NCBI GenBank assembly: GCA_012517825.1
Contig: JAAYUG010000137.1
Coordinates: 2,941-66,940 of the forward strand
From: Bacteroidales bacterium
GTDB lineage: Bacteria > Bacteroidota > Bacteroidia > Bacteroidales > JAAYUG01
Length of the DNA: 64,000 nt
Direction: 5' to 3'
Positions 35,466 to 45,820 of this stretch are shown piece by piece (within the stretch, counting starts at the first letter, position 1; each line of letters opens with the position of its first letter). The position numbers were made by a program, and so were the translations under genes. Under the pieces are notes generated by a model that saw only the letters and a program-made list of their open reading frames with translations, did not search any database and had not been told where the DNA came from.

Positions 35466-36746
35466 ATGGAGCCTGAAAAATTATACAGCATCCTTAAAGA
35501 TGATCATGCCCTGCACGAGGAAATTGTTATTGAACTTCGTGAACTTATCGACAGGTTCCCATGGTTTTCTACCCCTCGTATAGTATTGCTCCGGCATTGG
35601 CGCCATACTAAAAATCCGGCTTTTACCCATGAATTTGAGGCCTGGCGTTCTTTCCTTTCCGGCCACGACATCATGCTGGTAACGGCACCCGTTAAAATGG
35701 CTCTGCATACTGAAACTGCCTGTTTCCAGGAAAGTACCGGAGAAATAACACAACCGGCTGAAGAAGCCCTGCAGACACCGTGCGAAAAAACAGAAGAAAA
35801 ACCAACCGACACCAACCATCAGGAAGAAATTCCTACCGAAGCACCACCCGAAACCCTGCCCGAAAAAGAACCTGAAAGTGTAACAGAAGAAACCGCAAGT
35901 GTTCAAAAATCTGCTGTTTCCGAAACTGCTCATGAACCTTTGGAACCCGTCAGGGAACCTCCTGATAAAGAAATCACCCTTCGCAGCCAGATCTCGGAGG
36001 TCCTGTCACGTCAGGCAAAAGCCCTGTCGGATGAACCGGAAGATTTTGAACTCGAATTTGAACCGGTGATTGGAATTATTACTCCGGAAAACGTTTTGCT
36101 TGAAGATCTTCCCTCCGCTGAAAAAAGTCAGGATTCTACGGCTGAACTTCTTACCCTGGAAGGAGGAAATAGTTCACCCACAGAAAATATTCCACCCGAA
36201 GAACCTATACCGGCTGATCTTACAACTATAGAAACCCTTGCCGGGAGAGAAGCCACAAACAACGTAACTGCTGAACCAACCGCAGCCGATTTTCCGCTTC
36301 CGTCACCTCCCGAAGAAGATAATACCAGAGAGCCTTCCGTTGAACCTGACCGGGAAAATACCAGTGATGCATCCATACCACCATACTTTGAACAGGAATA
36401 CTCCTTCTCCGAATGGCTCGAGGCCGTTAGTCAGCTGCCTCCTGCAGAACCTGAAGCCAGAGAAACGCTCACAAAACGAAAGGAAGATATCCTGATTGAA
36501 AATTTTCTGAAAAGCAATCCGCGGATTGACACTTCCGGTATTGAGAATATTCCCCAGGGCGATATTTCTGAACACAGCGTCAAGGAAAATGACAGTTTCA
36601 TAACAGATACCCTGGCACGCATCTATCTTCGCCAGGGGCTTTACACAAAGGCCATTCAGGCATATGAAAAACTGGCATTGAAATATCCGGAAAAAAACGC
36701 TTACTTTGCAGCGCAAATTGAAGAAATAAAAAAACTGATTCAATAA
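35466..36746 (+). CDS. Hypothetical protein with an acidic Pro/Glu-rich middle and a C-terminal TPR-like motif
   Basis: 426 aa. Low-complexity E/P/T-rich region (about aa 100-330). The C-terminus [39 protein letters not shown] looks like one TPR unit. Confidence 0.65.
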   Translation: MEPEKLYSILKDDHALHEEIVIELRELIDRFPWFSTPRIVLLRHWRHTKNPAFTHEFEAWRSFLSGHDIMLVTAPVKMALHTETACFQESTGEITQPAEEALQTPCEKTEEKPTDTNHQEEIPTEAPPETLPEKEPESVTEETASVQKSAVSETAHEPLEPVREPPDKEITLRSQISEVLSRQAKALSDEPEDFELEFEPVIGIITPENVLLEDLPSAEKSQDSTAELLTLEGGNSSPTENIPPEEPIPADLTTIETLAGREATNNVTAEPTAADFPLPSPPEEDNTREPSVEPDRENTSDASIPPYFEQEYSFSEWLEAVSQLPPAEPEARETLTKRKEDILIENFLKSNPRIDTSGIENIPQGDISEHSVKENDSFITDTLARIYLRQGLYTKAIQAYEKLALKYPEKNAYFAAQIEEIKKLIQ

Positions 36747-36765
36747 AATTTAAAGAAAATCTGCC

Positions 36766-37131
36766 ATGTATTACGTAATTTCAGCAATTATCCTGCTCGT
36801 TTGTGTGCTCCTTATTCTCGTTGTTCTCGTTCAGAACTCAAAAGGAGGAGGGCTTGTTTCCAGTTTTGCCGCAACCAATCAGATAATGGGGGTTAAGAAA
36901 ACTGCTGATTTTCTTGAAAAGGCAACATGGACATTGGCGGTTGCCCTGCTGGTACTTTCTCTTGCTGCTGCAGCCACCATGCCGCGCAAGACAGCCAACC
37001 GTGAATCCCTTATGAAAGACCAGATTGAAAATGCCATTGATCCCAATGCCATGCCCAATTTTGGCACACCTGCCCAGCCAACACAACAGCAAAATCAGGA
37101 ACAACCAGCACAGGAAAAGAAAAACCCCTGA
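36766..37131 (+). CDS. secG: Preprotein translocase subunit SecG
   Basis: ILLVCVLLILVVLVQNSKGGGL..F is the SecG signature, followed by a second TM. Confidence 0.9.
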   Translation: MYYVISAIILLVCVLLILVVLVQNSKGGGLVSSFAATNQIMGVKKTADFLEKATWTLAVALLVLSLAAAATMPRKTANRESLMKDQIENAIDPNAMPNFGTPAQPTQQQNQEQPAQEKKNP

Positions 37132-37167
37132 CAGGGTTATTTGATAAAAATCTGATAAAATGTCAGT

Positions 37168-37195
37168 ATGTCAGAACATGCTGACATTTTTTTTG
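37168..37195 (+). terminator. Rho-independent terminator after secG
   Basis: ATGTCAG (37168-37174) / CTGACAT (37181-37187) with a 6-nt loop, followed by T8. Confidence 0.7.
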
Positions 37196-37331
37196 TTCTT
37201 CTGCCATCAGCCATTTCATAAACCATTACCAAATGTTCATTCACAAAAAATTGATTATTAATTAAATAGACGCAACTGCTCCCCAAAATTATCCATTACT
37301 GATGAAAACACAATAATGGCTATGGAATTTT

Positions 37332-37348
37332 TTGGCACAGTATGTGCC
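37332..37348 (+). promoter_or_regulatory. Sigma-54-type -24/-12 promoter candidate, also a perfect palindrome, upstream of groES
   Basis: TTGGCACAGTATGTGCC versus the consensus YTGGCACGrNNNTTGCW: GG and GC at the correct spacing, 14/17 matches. TGGCAC-N5-GTGCCA is a perfect inverted repeat (37333-37349). Lies 48 nt upstream of ATG 37395. Confidence 0.45.
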
Positions 37349-37394
37349 ATTAAAAGGCGGTAGAAAATTTTGTTTAACCTAAAACGATACCAAT

Positions 37395-37673
37395 ATGTCA
37401 GAAGTGAAAATCAAGCCTTTAGCCGACAGGGTTCTTGTGGAACCTCAGGAAGCTGAACAAAAAACTGCCAGCGGAATTATCATCCCCGACACCGCAAAGG
37501 AAAAGCCGCAACGCGGCATTGTAGTAGCCGTTGGTCCGGGAACAAAGGATGAAAAAATGGAAGTAAAAGCCGGTGATGTTGTTCTTTACGGAAAATATGC
37601 CGGTACGGAAATCAGCTATAATGGCAAGGATTATTTGATCATGCGCCAGAGTGACATACTGGCTATTATCTGA
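37395..37673 (+). CDS. groES: Co-chaperonin GroES
   Basis: 92 aa; [12 protein letters not shown]...[22 protein letters not shown]. Confidence 0.97.
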   Translation: MSEVKIKPLADRVLVEPQEAEQKTASGIIIPDTAKEKPQRGIVVAVGPGTKDEKMEVKAGDVVLYGKYAGTEISYNGKDYLIMRQSDILAII

Positions 37674-37687
37674 GTATTAACCTTTAA

Positions 37688-39334
<1,647 letters not shown>

Positions 39335-39355
39335 GATTGTCCCATTGAACAGATA

Positions 39356-39393
39356 AAGAGGGTGTCTCCACTGACACCCTCTTTTTTTTTTTT
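39356..39393 (+). terminator. Rho-independent terminator after groEL
   Basis: GAGGGTGT (39358-39365) / ACACCCTC (39374-39381) with an 8-nt loop, followed by T12. Confidence 0.8.
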
Positions 39394-39421
39394 ACTATAT
39401 TTACTTATTAATCTGTTCACC

Positions 39422-40579
39422 ATGGGGAATCTGTCATTTCATACACTCTGCGTGCACGCCGGGACCCGTATTGATCCCATGACCGGAGGAGTCAATACTC
39501 CTGTTTATACTTCCACTTCCTACCCTTACCTTGATACGGACGTAAGGCCCTATCCCCGTTATTTTAACCTACCCAACCAGAAAGCAGTAATTGAAAAGCT
39601 GATCTTTCTCGAAGGATGCGATCCGGACACTACGGACGGCATCCTGTTCAGTTCGGGTATGGCCGCTATCTCGACCACTCTTTTTGGATTGCTGAAATCA
39701 GGCGACCATGCCATTTTTCAAAGGGGATTGTACGGAGGAACTACCCACTTTATAAACGGATGGCTGGAAAGGTACGGTATTGAATGGTCATACCCCGCCT
39801 CCGGCGAACCGGAAGCATTTGAACAGGCTATTCGCCCTTCCACACGGATGGTTTATATCGAAACTCCGTCCAATCCCCTCCTTGGCATAACCGATATAGA
39901 AGGCATCGCCAGAATTGCAAAAAAGCACGGACTTATTTCAGTAATCGATAACACCTTTGCCTCGCCGGTCAACCAGAATCCACGGCTTCTGGGAATTGAC
40001 GTTGTTATTCACAGCGCCACAAAATACCTTGGCGGACACAGCGATATCTGTGCCGGAGCAATAATAGCCCCGAAGGAAATTGCACAACCCTTGTACAAAA
40101 TGGCTCTCAATTTGGGAGGAAGCCTAAATCCCGAAACATGCTACCTGCTGGAACGTTCCATGAAAACCCTTGCCATCCGTGTTGAAAAACAAAATAAAAA
40201 CGCAATGGAGGTGGCACTATTCCTCGCCCAGCATCCGGGCATCAGCAGGGTCTTCTATCCCGGTCTTCCCTCCCATCCCGGCCATTTGATTGCCAGGAAA
40301 CAAATGAAAGGATTCAGCGGGATGCTCAGTTTTGAGCTCCGATCGGCCGACCCGGTGAAATTTCAGAAAAGCCTGAAACTGATCCGGCCTTCTATGAGCC
40401 TCGGCGGAGTGGATTCAATCATTTGCTCCCCCGTATTGACATCTCATCGCAACCTCACCAGGGAAGAACTTGATAAAGAAGGTATTACAGACAAAGTGCT
40501 CCGTCTTTCCACAGGAATTGAAGATGCAACCGATATTATTCATGACCTGAAACAGGCTCTTGAAATGAACCCTGAATGA
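39422..40579 (+). CDS. Cys/Met-metabolism PLP enzyme (cystathionine beta-lyase/gamma-synthase/methionine gamma-lyase family)
   Basis: ..T..VHAG......G.V..P.Y.TS.. and SATKYLGGHSD (PLP-Lys). The track start lies inside the groEL terminator, so ATG 39422 is used. Confidence 0.85.
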   Translation: MGNLSFHTLCVHAGTRIDPMTGGVNTPVYTSTSYPYLDTDVRPYPRYFNLPNQKAVIEKLIFLEGCDPDTTDGILFSSGMAAISTTLFGLLKSGDHAIFQRGLYGGTTHFINGWLERYGIEWSYPASGEPEAFEQAIRPSTRMVYIETPSNPLLGITDIEGIARIAKKHGLISVIDNTFASPVNQNPRLLGIDVVIHSATKYLGGHSDICAGAIIAPKEIAQPLYKMALNLGGSLNPETCYLLERSMKTLAIRVEKQNKNAMEVALFLAQHPGISRVFYPGLPSHPGHLIARKQMKGFSGMLSFELRSADPVKFQKSLKLIRPSMSLGGVDSIICSPVLTSHRNLTREELDKEGITDKVLRLSTGIEDATDIIHDLKQALEMNPE

Positions 40580-42360
40580 AACTTTCAAATCATACCGATC
40601 TGTTAGCGACCCCAATCGGGAAATTCAGACCAGCTGTCAGGGTAGCGGTCATTTATTTCCTGCTCAGTGTTATCTGGATCTTGTCAACAGACAAGCTGCT
40701 GGAACATTTTGTTGCCGACCCGCATACCATTACCCTGCTTCAGACAATTAAGGGATGGTTTTTTGTCACGATAAGCTCATTGGTCATCTTCTATCTGGTA
40801 TGGCTGGAAATTCGCAAAAAAGATCTGATTATTAAAACTATAAACGAAAATAAACAATGGTACAATGCTCTGGCATCCCATCTTCCGAATACTACGGTTT
40901 TTCTTGTTGATGAAAAGCTGAATTTTATCCTTCTGCAGGGTAATGAATCAACGAAGCTGGGGCTTGTTCCGGAACGGGCACTGGGAAAATCATTGCATGA
41001 ACTTTCCTTTGATATTGCTGCCCGCCAGATAATAACAGCTTACCTTGAACAAGCATTTTCGGGAGAAAAAGTTTTTACAGAAATACAGTCGCACGACAAC
41101 TGGTTTGAACTGCGTGCCTCTCCTGTTCCTGAAATTTCAGGAAAACCGAGGTTTGTTGCCGGGGCACTGATCAACATTACCCAGCAAAAACTGAACTTCA
41201 GAAATCTGCAGGAAGCCTTGAGAAAAGCCGAAGAATCAGAAAAACTCAAGACTGAATTCATCGAAAATATTTCACATGAAATTCGCACCCCGATGAATGC
41301 CATTTTCGGGTTTTCAGAATTGATCTGCGACCCCGATATACCATCCGGCAGGAAAGAAAAGTACTACGAATACATCAGGGAATCGGGAAATCACCTGATT
41401 GCAATGATTGACAACCTTCTCCATTTGTCTGACATCCAGAGAGGAGTAGTTCATCTTCATAAAAGCGAATTTGAACTTGACGATATGCTGGAAAGACTTT
41501 CTGAATATTATAAACTTCAGTTTGTGCGGGCGGGTAAAAAAGTTGAAGTCAGGTACTAGAAACCTTCCGTATCGAATATTGTCCTGTTCAGCGAGAAATC
41601 ACGTCTTATGCAGATCCTTTCCAATCTTCTGAACAATGCCGTAAAGTTCACTGAAACAGGATTCATTGAATTTGGTTACTATCCCGAAAACAGTAATTCG
41701 GTCCTTTTCTTCGTTCAGGATTCAGGTATAGGAATTCATCCAAAAGAACAACATACGATTTTTGAGCGTTTTCGCAAGGGAAAAGCCGTTGATGACCAGT
41801 TGTACAGAGGAACAGGTTTGGGATTGAGTATTGCAAAGGAGCTGGTAAAAATGCTGGAAGGAGAAATATGGCTTTCTTCAAAACCCTATCAGGGGACGTG
41901 TTTCATGTTCCGCATTCCCGGATATATTGTCAAAAATACCTGGCCAAGATTGGTTGAGAAGAAACTTTCCCGCGTTTTGATTGCCAATCTTGAGGAAAAT
42001 AAAGAGATTAACGTACCGGAACCTTTCCGTACCAGCAAGATGGTCATGACCGAATATATCGGCAATGAAAAGGATCTTTTTATGGAATTGAAAAGACATC
42101 CCGAACCTGACATACTGTTTCTTTATTCTTTTCCTGACCTGCATAAATTACCAGCTATCCTTTTCAGACTTCGCAGAGAATTCAGGCATTTTCCCGTAAT
42201 AGTAGTTGCCGACAGGCATGACGAAGATTTCAAAAAGGCTGTCTTTGCCTCGGGAACAACCGAATATTTTCTGAACCCACTGACAAATGACGAAGCTGAC
42301 TTTTTAATCAGAAAGTATATTTACATTCGGCAGGGTGCGAGGTTTTCGGATGAGGAATGA
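40576..42360 (+). pseudogene. Hybrid sensor histidine kinase (2 TM, PAS, HisKA, HATPase_c, pseudo-receiver) interrupted by one in-frame TAG at 41557-41559
   Basis: ORFs 40576..41559 and 41608..42360 are in the same frame (offset 1032 = 344 codons). The first carries the H-box ENISHEIRTPMNAI. Read-through text ..VEVRY*KPSVSNIVLFSEKSRLMQILSNLLNNAVKFT.. runs directly into the N-box, then the G-boxes (DSGIGI, GTGLGLSI). Confidence 0.8.
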
Positions 42361-42368
42361 AAAGTCCG

Positions 42369-44810
42369 TCAGGATGCTATAGTCACCACAGTTATTCCGC
42401 TGCCACCCCGTTCCACATGTTCATCACGGAAAGACCTGACAAAATGTTGCTTCTGCAGATAATCCCGTATCAGTGACCGAAGGATGCCATTCCCTTTTCC
42501 ATGGAGGATGCGTACTTCGCTCACCCCCACCACCAGGGCTTCATCAAGCAGGCGGGCTACCTCCTGCAAAGCCTCCTCTCCGCGCATGCCCCGAACGTCT
42601 GTCTGCGGGACAAAACTCAGAAAACGTTCATTCCAGGCAGAACTTGTTTTGCCGGTGGCAGGCTGATCCAAAGATTTTCTTCGCCCGCCCTCCGTTTTCT
42701 CCAGCCGATTAAAAGGGACGGTTGTTACCATATTTCCAAAGGCAACCAGCACACTCGGTCCGTTAACATCAAGTACTTCACCGGTAATGTCCTGATCAGT
42801 CAGTCGAACCATATCTCCCTTTTCAAAGGCCGGTTCACTCCTTCCATCTTCTTCCCTGCCGGTACTATCTTTCTGGCTCCTGTTCCGAGGGGTTTCATTG
42901 GTTACGGCATTTTCTCCCTCCAGTCTTCGTAGCGATTCAGAAACATACGATTGAAGTTCCTGACGAATCATCTTTGTTTTTTCCTTCTCAGCCTGAGCCT
43001 CTCTGATTTCGCGGATAGCATTCTCAATCCGTTTGTTCAGTCCTTCCACCAGTGCGGCCGCTTCCTTTCGCGCATTTGCCAGCAATTCCCTGCGCATCCG
43101 GTTGGTTTCCTCCAGTTCCTTGGTGTATTTTTCCAGTGTTTCCTCGATTTTCTTCTCAGTTTGTCTGATTTTTTCCCTTTTTTGTTCCCAGTAGCGCTTA
43201 TCGCGCAATACCTCCCGGAGGTGCTTATCATAATCGACCTGACTGCTTCCGACCCGCTGGCGGGCCATGGAAAGAATCTCCTCAGGAAGTCCTATCCTGC
43301 GGGCAATCTCAAAAGCATATGAACTCCCCGGCTTACCAATTTCGAGCTTGTACAGCGGTACCATACGCCCGCTGTCGAACTGCATGGCTCCGTTAATCAC
43401 GCCTTCAGCTGATGCAGCATAATGCTTCAGACTGGTGTAATGCGTGGTAGCAATACAAATACAACCCGTCTGCCTCAGTTTTTCCAGAATGGCTTCAGCA
43501 ATGGCGCCTCCGAGCGAAGGTTCGGTACCGGCACCTAGTTCATCGATCAGCACAAGGCTTCTTGTGCCGGCATGCCGAATAAAGTATTTCATGTGCAATA
43601 AATGAGAACTGTAGGTACTCAGATCATTTTCAATACTTTGTTCATCGCCTATATCAATAAAAATATCCCGGAAGATTCCAAAAACTGAATTTGGTGAAGC
43701 GGGAACCGGCATTCCGCATTGCAGCATGTACTGAAGTAATCCTGTTGTTTTAAGGCATACTGACTTGCCTCCTGCATTGGGTCCTGATACAACAAGAATA
43801 CGGTATTTGTCGCCAAGCCTGATAGAAAGAGGAACCGTCTCCCTGTTTTCCCGCAGATTGATAAGATATAACAGGGGGTGAACAGCATCCTTCCATTCTA
43901 TTATCGGTTCATCACGAACCACGGGAATCCCGGCTTTCAGTCTGATGGCCAGTTGAGCCTTGCTTCGGATAAAATCAAAATACCCCAGGCGTTCATTTAT
44001 TAAAATCAGCTCCGGTGCATGAGGCCGGATGAAATCGGTAAATTCCGAGAGAATCCTTATGATTTCCCGTTTCTCCTCGTATTCCAGTTCCCTGAGTTCA
44101 TTATTCCGGTCAACTATTTCGGCAGGTTCAATGAAAACTGTTTTTCCGGTAGAGGAGGCATCAAGCACAATACCGCGCAGGCTACGCTTATGGGTAGCAC
44201 GAACCGGAAGTACCATTCTGCCATCACGGAACGTTATGCCTTCGCCCTCATCAATCCACCCTTCTTCCTGGGCTTTACGAAGAATTCCCTGCATCACTTT
44301 CGCTATCTGAGCCTGCTTCTGATGCATTGTCTTTCTGATCCTGCTGAGCTCCGGCGATGCTGTATCCCTGATTTCACCCTTCTCATCCAGAATCGAATCG
44401 GCGCGTCTGACCACCTCGGGCATCTTCTTCACATCTCCGGTAAGGGCCTTCAGAGCAGGGAATTTATCTGATCCCTTTGTTTTGAAAAAATCCTGAACCG
44501 AAGCCATTGTTGTCAGCAATCGCCTGATTTTTCCCATCTCAGAAGGCTCCAGAAATGTTCCGCTGATTGCTGTTCGTTTCAATGCAGGGCGCACATCATC
44601 GTAACCGGGATCAGGAAATGCATCATGAAATTGCAGAATCTCCATCATTTCGCCCGTTTGCTGCAGGGCTTCGTTCACACCTTGCAGTTCTGTCATAAAT
44701 GCCATGGCATCAACCAGCTCCCGTCCGGGATTGGCTATACATTGCTCTGCAAGCATTGTGCGAATCTGATCAAAGCCAAGTTTCTGTTCTATGTGTTCCG
44801 GATACAGCAT
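42369..44810 (-). CDS. mutS2: Endonuclease MutS2 (MutS domain V + Smr)
   Basis: Walker A SGPNAGGKS, DELGAGTEP and a C-terminal Smr domain (DVRGMRGEEAL...ILHGKGNGILR). Start set to ATG 44810 (MLYPEHIEQKLGFD). Confidence 0.9.
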   Translation of the reverse strand: MLYPEHIEQKLGFDQIRTMLAEQCIANPGRELVDAMAFMTELQGVNEALQQTGEMMEILQFHDAFPDPGYDDVRPALKRTAISGTFLEPSEMGKIRRLLTTMASVQDFFKTKGSDKFPALKALTGDVKKMPEVVRRADSILDEKGEIRDTASPELSRIRKTMHQKQAQIAKVMQGILRKAQEEGWIDEGEGITFRDGRMVLPVRATHKRSLRGIVLDASSTGKTVFIEPAEIVDRNNELRELEYEEKREIIRILSEFTDFIRPHAPELILINERLGYFDFIRSKAQLAIRLKAGIPVVRDEPIIEWKDAVHPLLYLINLRENRETVPLSIRLGDKYRILVVSGPNAGGKSVCLKTTGLLQYMLQCGMPVPASPNSVFGIFRDIFIDIGDEQSIENDLSTYSSHLLHMKYFIRHAGTRSLVLIDELGAGTEPSLGGAIAEAILEKLRQTGCICIATTHYTSLKHYAASAEGVINGAMQFDSGRMVPLYKLEIGKPGSSYAFEIARRIGLPEEILSMARQRVGSSQVDYDKHLREVLRDKRYWEQKREKIRQTEKKIEETLEKYTKELEETNRMRRELLANARKEAAALVEGLNKRIENAIREIREAQAEKEKTKMIRQELQSYVSESLRRLEGENAVTNETPRNRSQKDSTGREEDGRSEPAFEKGDMVRLTDQDITGEVLDVNGPSVLVAFGNMVTTVPFNRLEKTEGGRRKSLDQPATGKTSSAWNERFLSFVPQTDVRGMRGEEALQEVARLLDEALVVGVSEVRILHGKGNGILRSLIRDYLQKQHFVRSFRDEHVERGGSGITVVTIAS

Positions 44811-45089
44811 AACAAAGGCAAAGTTAACCCAATAACAATGCATTTCAAACTTATCAGGCCTGCAGACAACTTCTGCATAGGGTATTTTCCACCATGGTGC
44901 GCACTCCAGGAGAAGCATTAACTTCATTCCGGCAGGGTTAATACCCACAGCCAGGTTCAATGTACACAGGTTTCGTTATACATCAGATGCTAATCCGGGT
45001 AATACATGGCAATGAAAAGCATACAGAAACATTGACCAGGGTATATTACCTTTGATTCGGGAAAGATATCCTAACCAACATACAGGTAT

Positions 45090-45785
45090 ATGTCGCTGAA
45101 CAAAAAATTCATCGTTATCGGCATCTTTTCAATAGCCATGGGGTACCTCGAAAGCGCTGTGGTTGTCTATATGCGCGAAATTCTGTACCCCGGCGGATTT
45201 GCTTTTCCGCTGGCTCCGATACCTGAAAAACTGGCGGTAACAGAACTCTTCAGGGAGGCCGCCACACTTATTATGCTCGCCGGCATTGGATTTCTTGCCG
45301 GGAAAAACCTTATTGAGCGGTTTGCATGGTTTCTGTACAGTTTTGCCCTGTGGGATATTTTCTATTATGTATTCCTCAAATTCCTGCTGAACTGGCCTGA
45401 TTCGTTTTTAACCTGGGATATTCTTTTCCTGATTCCTGTAACATGGACAGGACCTGTAATTGCTCCGGTTCTTGTTTCGCTTCTGATGATCCTTCATGCT
45501 GCGATAATATTGAAAAAATCGCGTGACAGGGAAAGCTACCGGTTCTCCTTGCAGGCAAAAACACTTATGTTCACCGGTGCAGGGATCGTGTTCATCTCCT
45601 TCATAACCGACTATTCCAGGTTCATTCTGGAACATTACAGTCTGAAAGAATTGTGGTCAGTACCTTCCCGCAAGGCACTGTATGATTTGAGCTTGCAGTA
45701 CATTCCCTCGCAGTTCCCATGGATTATCTTTGGTGCAGGAATTGTTATGCTGCTTGTTTCTGCCCTTGTTTCCGCCCGGAAATAA
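45090..45785 (+). CDS. Hypothetical polytopic membrane protein
   Basis: 231 aa with about 6 hydrophobic segments. No recognisable family. Confidence 0.6.
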   Translation: MSLNKKFIVIGIFSIAMGYLESAVVVYMREILYPGGFAFPLAPIPEKLAVTELFREAATLIMLAGIGFLAGKNLIERFAWFLYSFALWDIFYYVFLKFLLNWPDSFLTWDILFLIPVTWTGPVIAPVLVSLLMILHAAIILKKSRDRESYRFSLQAKTLMFTGAGIVFISFITDYSRFILEHYSLKELWSVPSRKALYDLSLQYIPSQFPWIIFGAGIVMLLVSALVSARK

Positions 45786-45820
45786 CCAGGCAATCTGCAG
45801 AATACAGGGGTACCCGATCA

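Noticed and set aside
41557-41559. The in-frame TAG in the histidine kinase read as programmed recoding (pyrrolysine or stop-codon reassignment).
   Set aside because: TAG is used as an ordinary terminator by other genes in the window (the LytTR regulator at 22131-22133, the bEBP at 34949-34951 and lptE at 35457-35459). No pyl genes or PYLIS-like context are visible. A nonsense mutation or sequencing error is more parsimonious.
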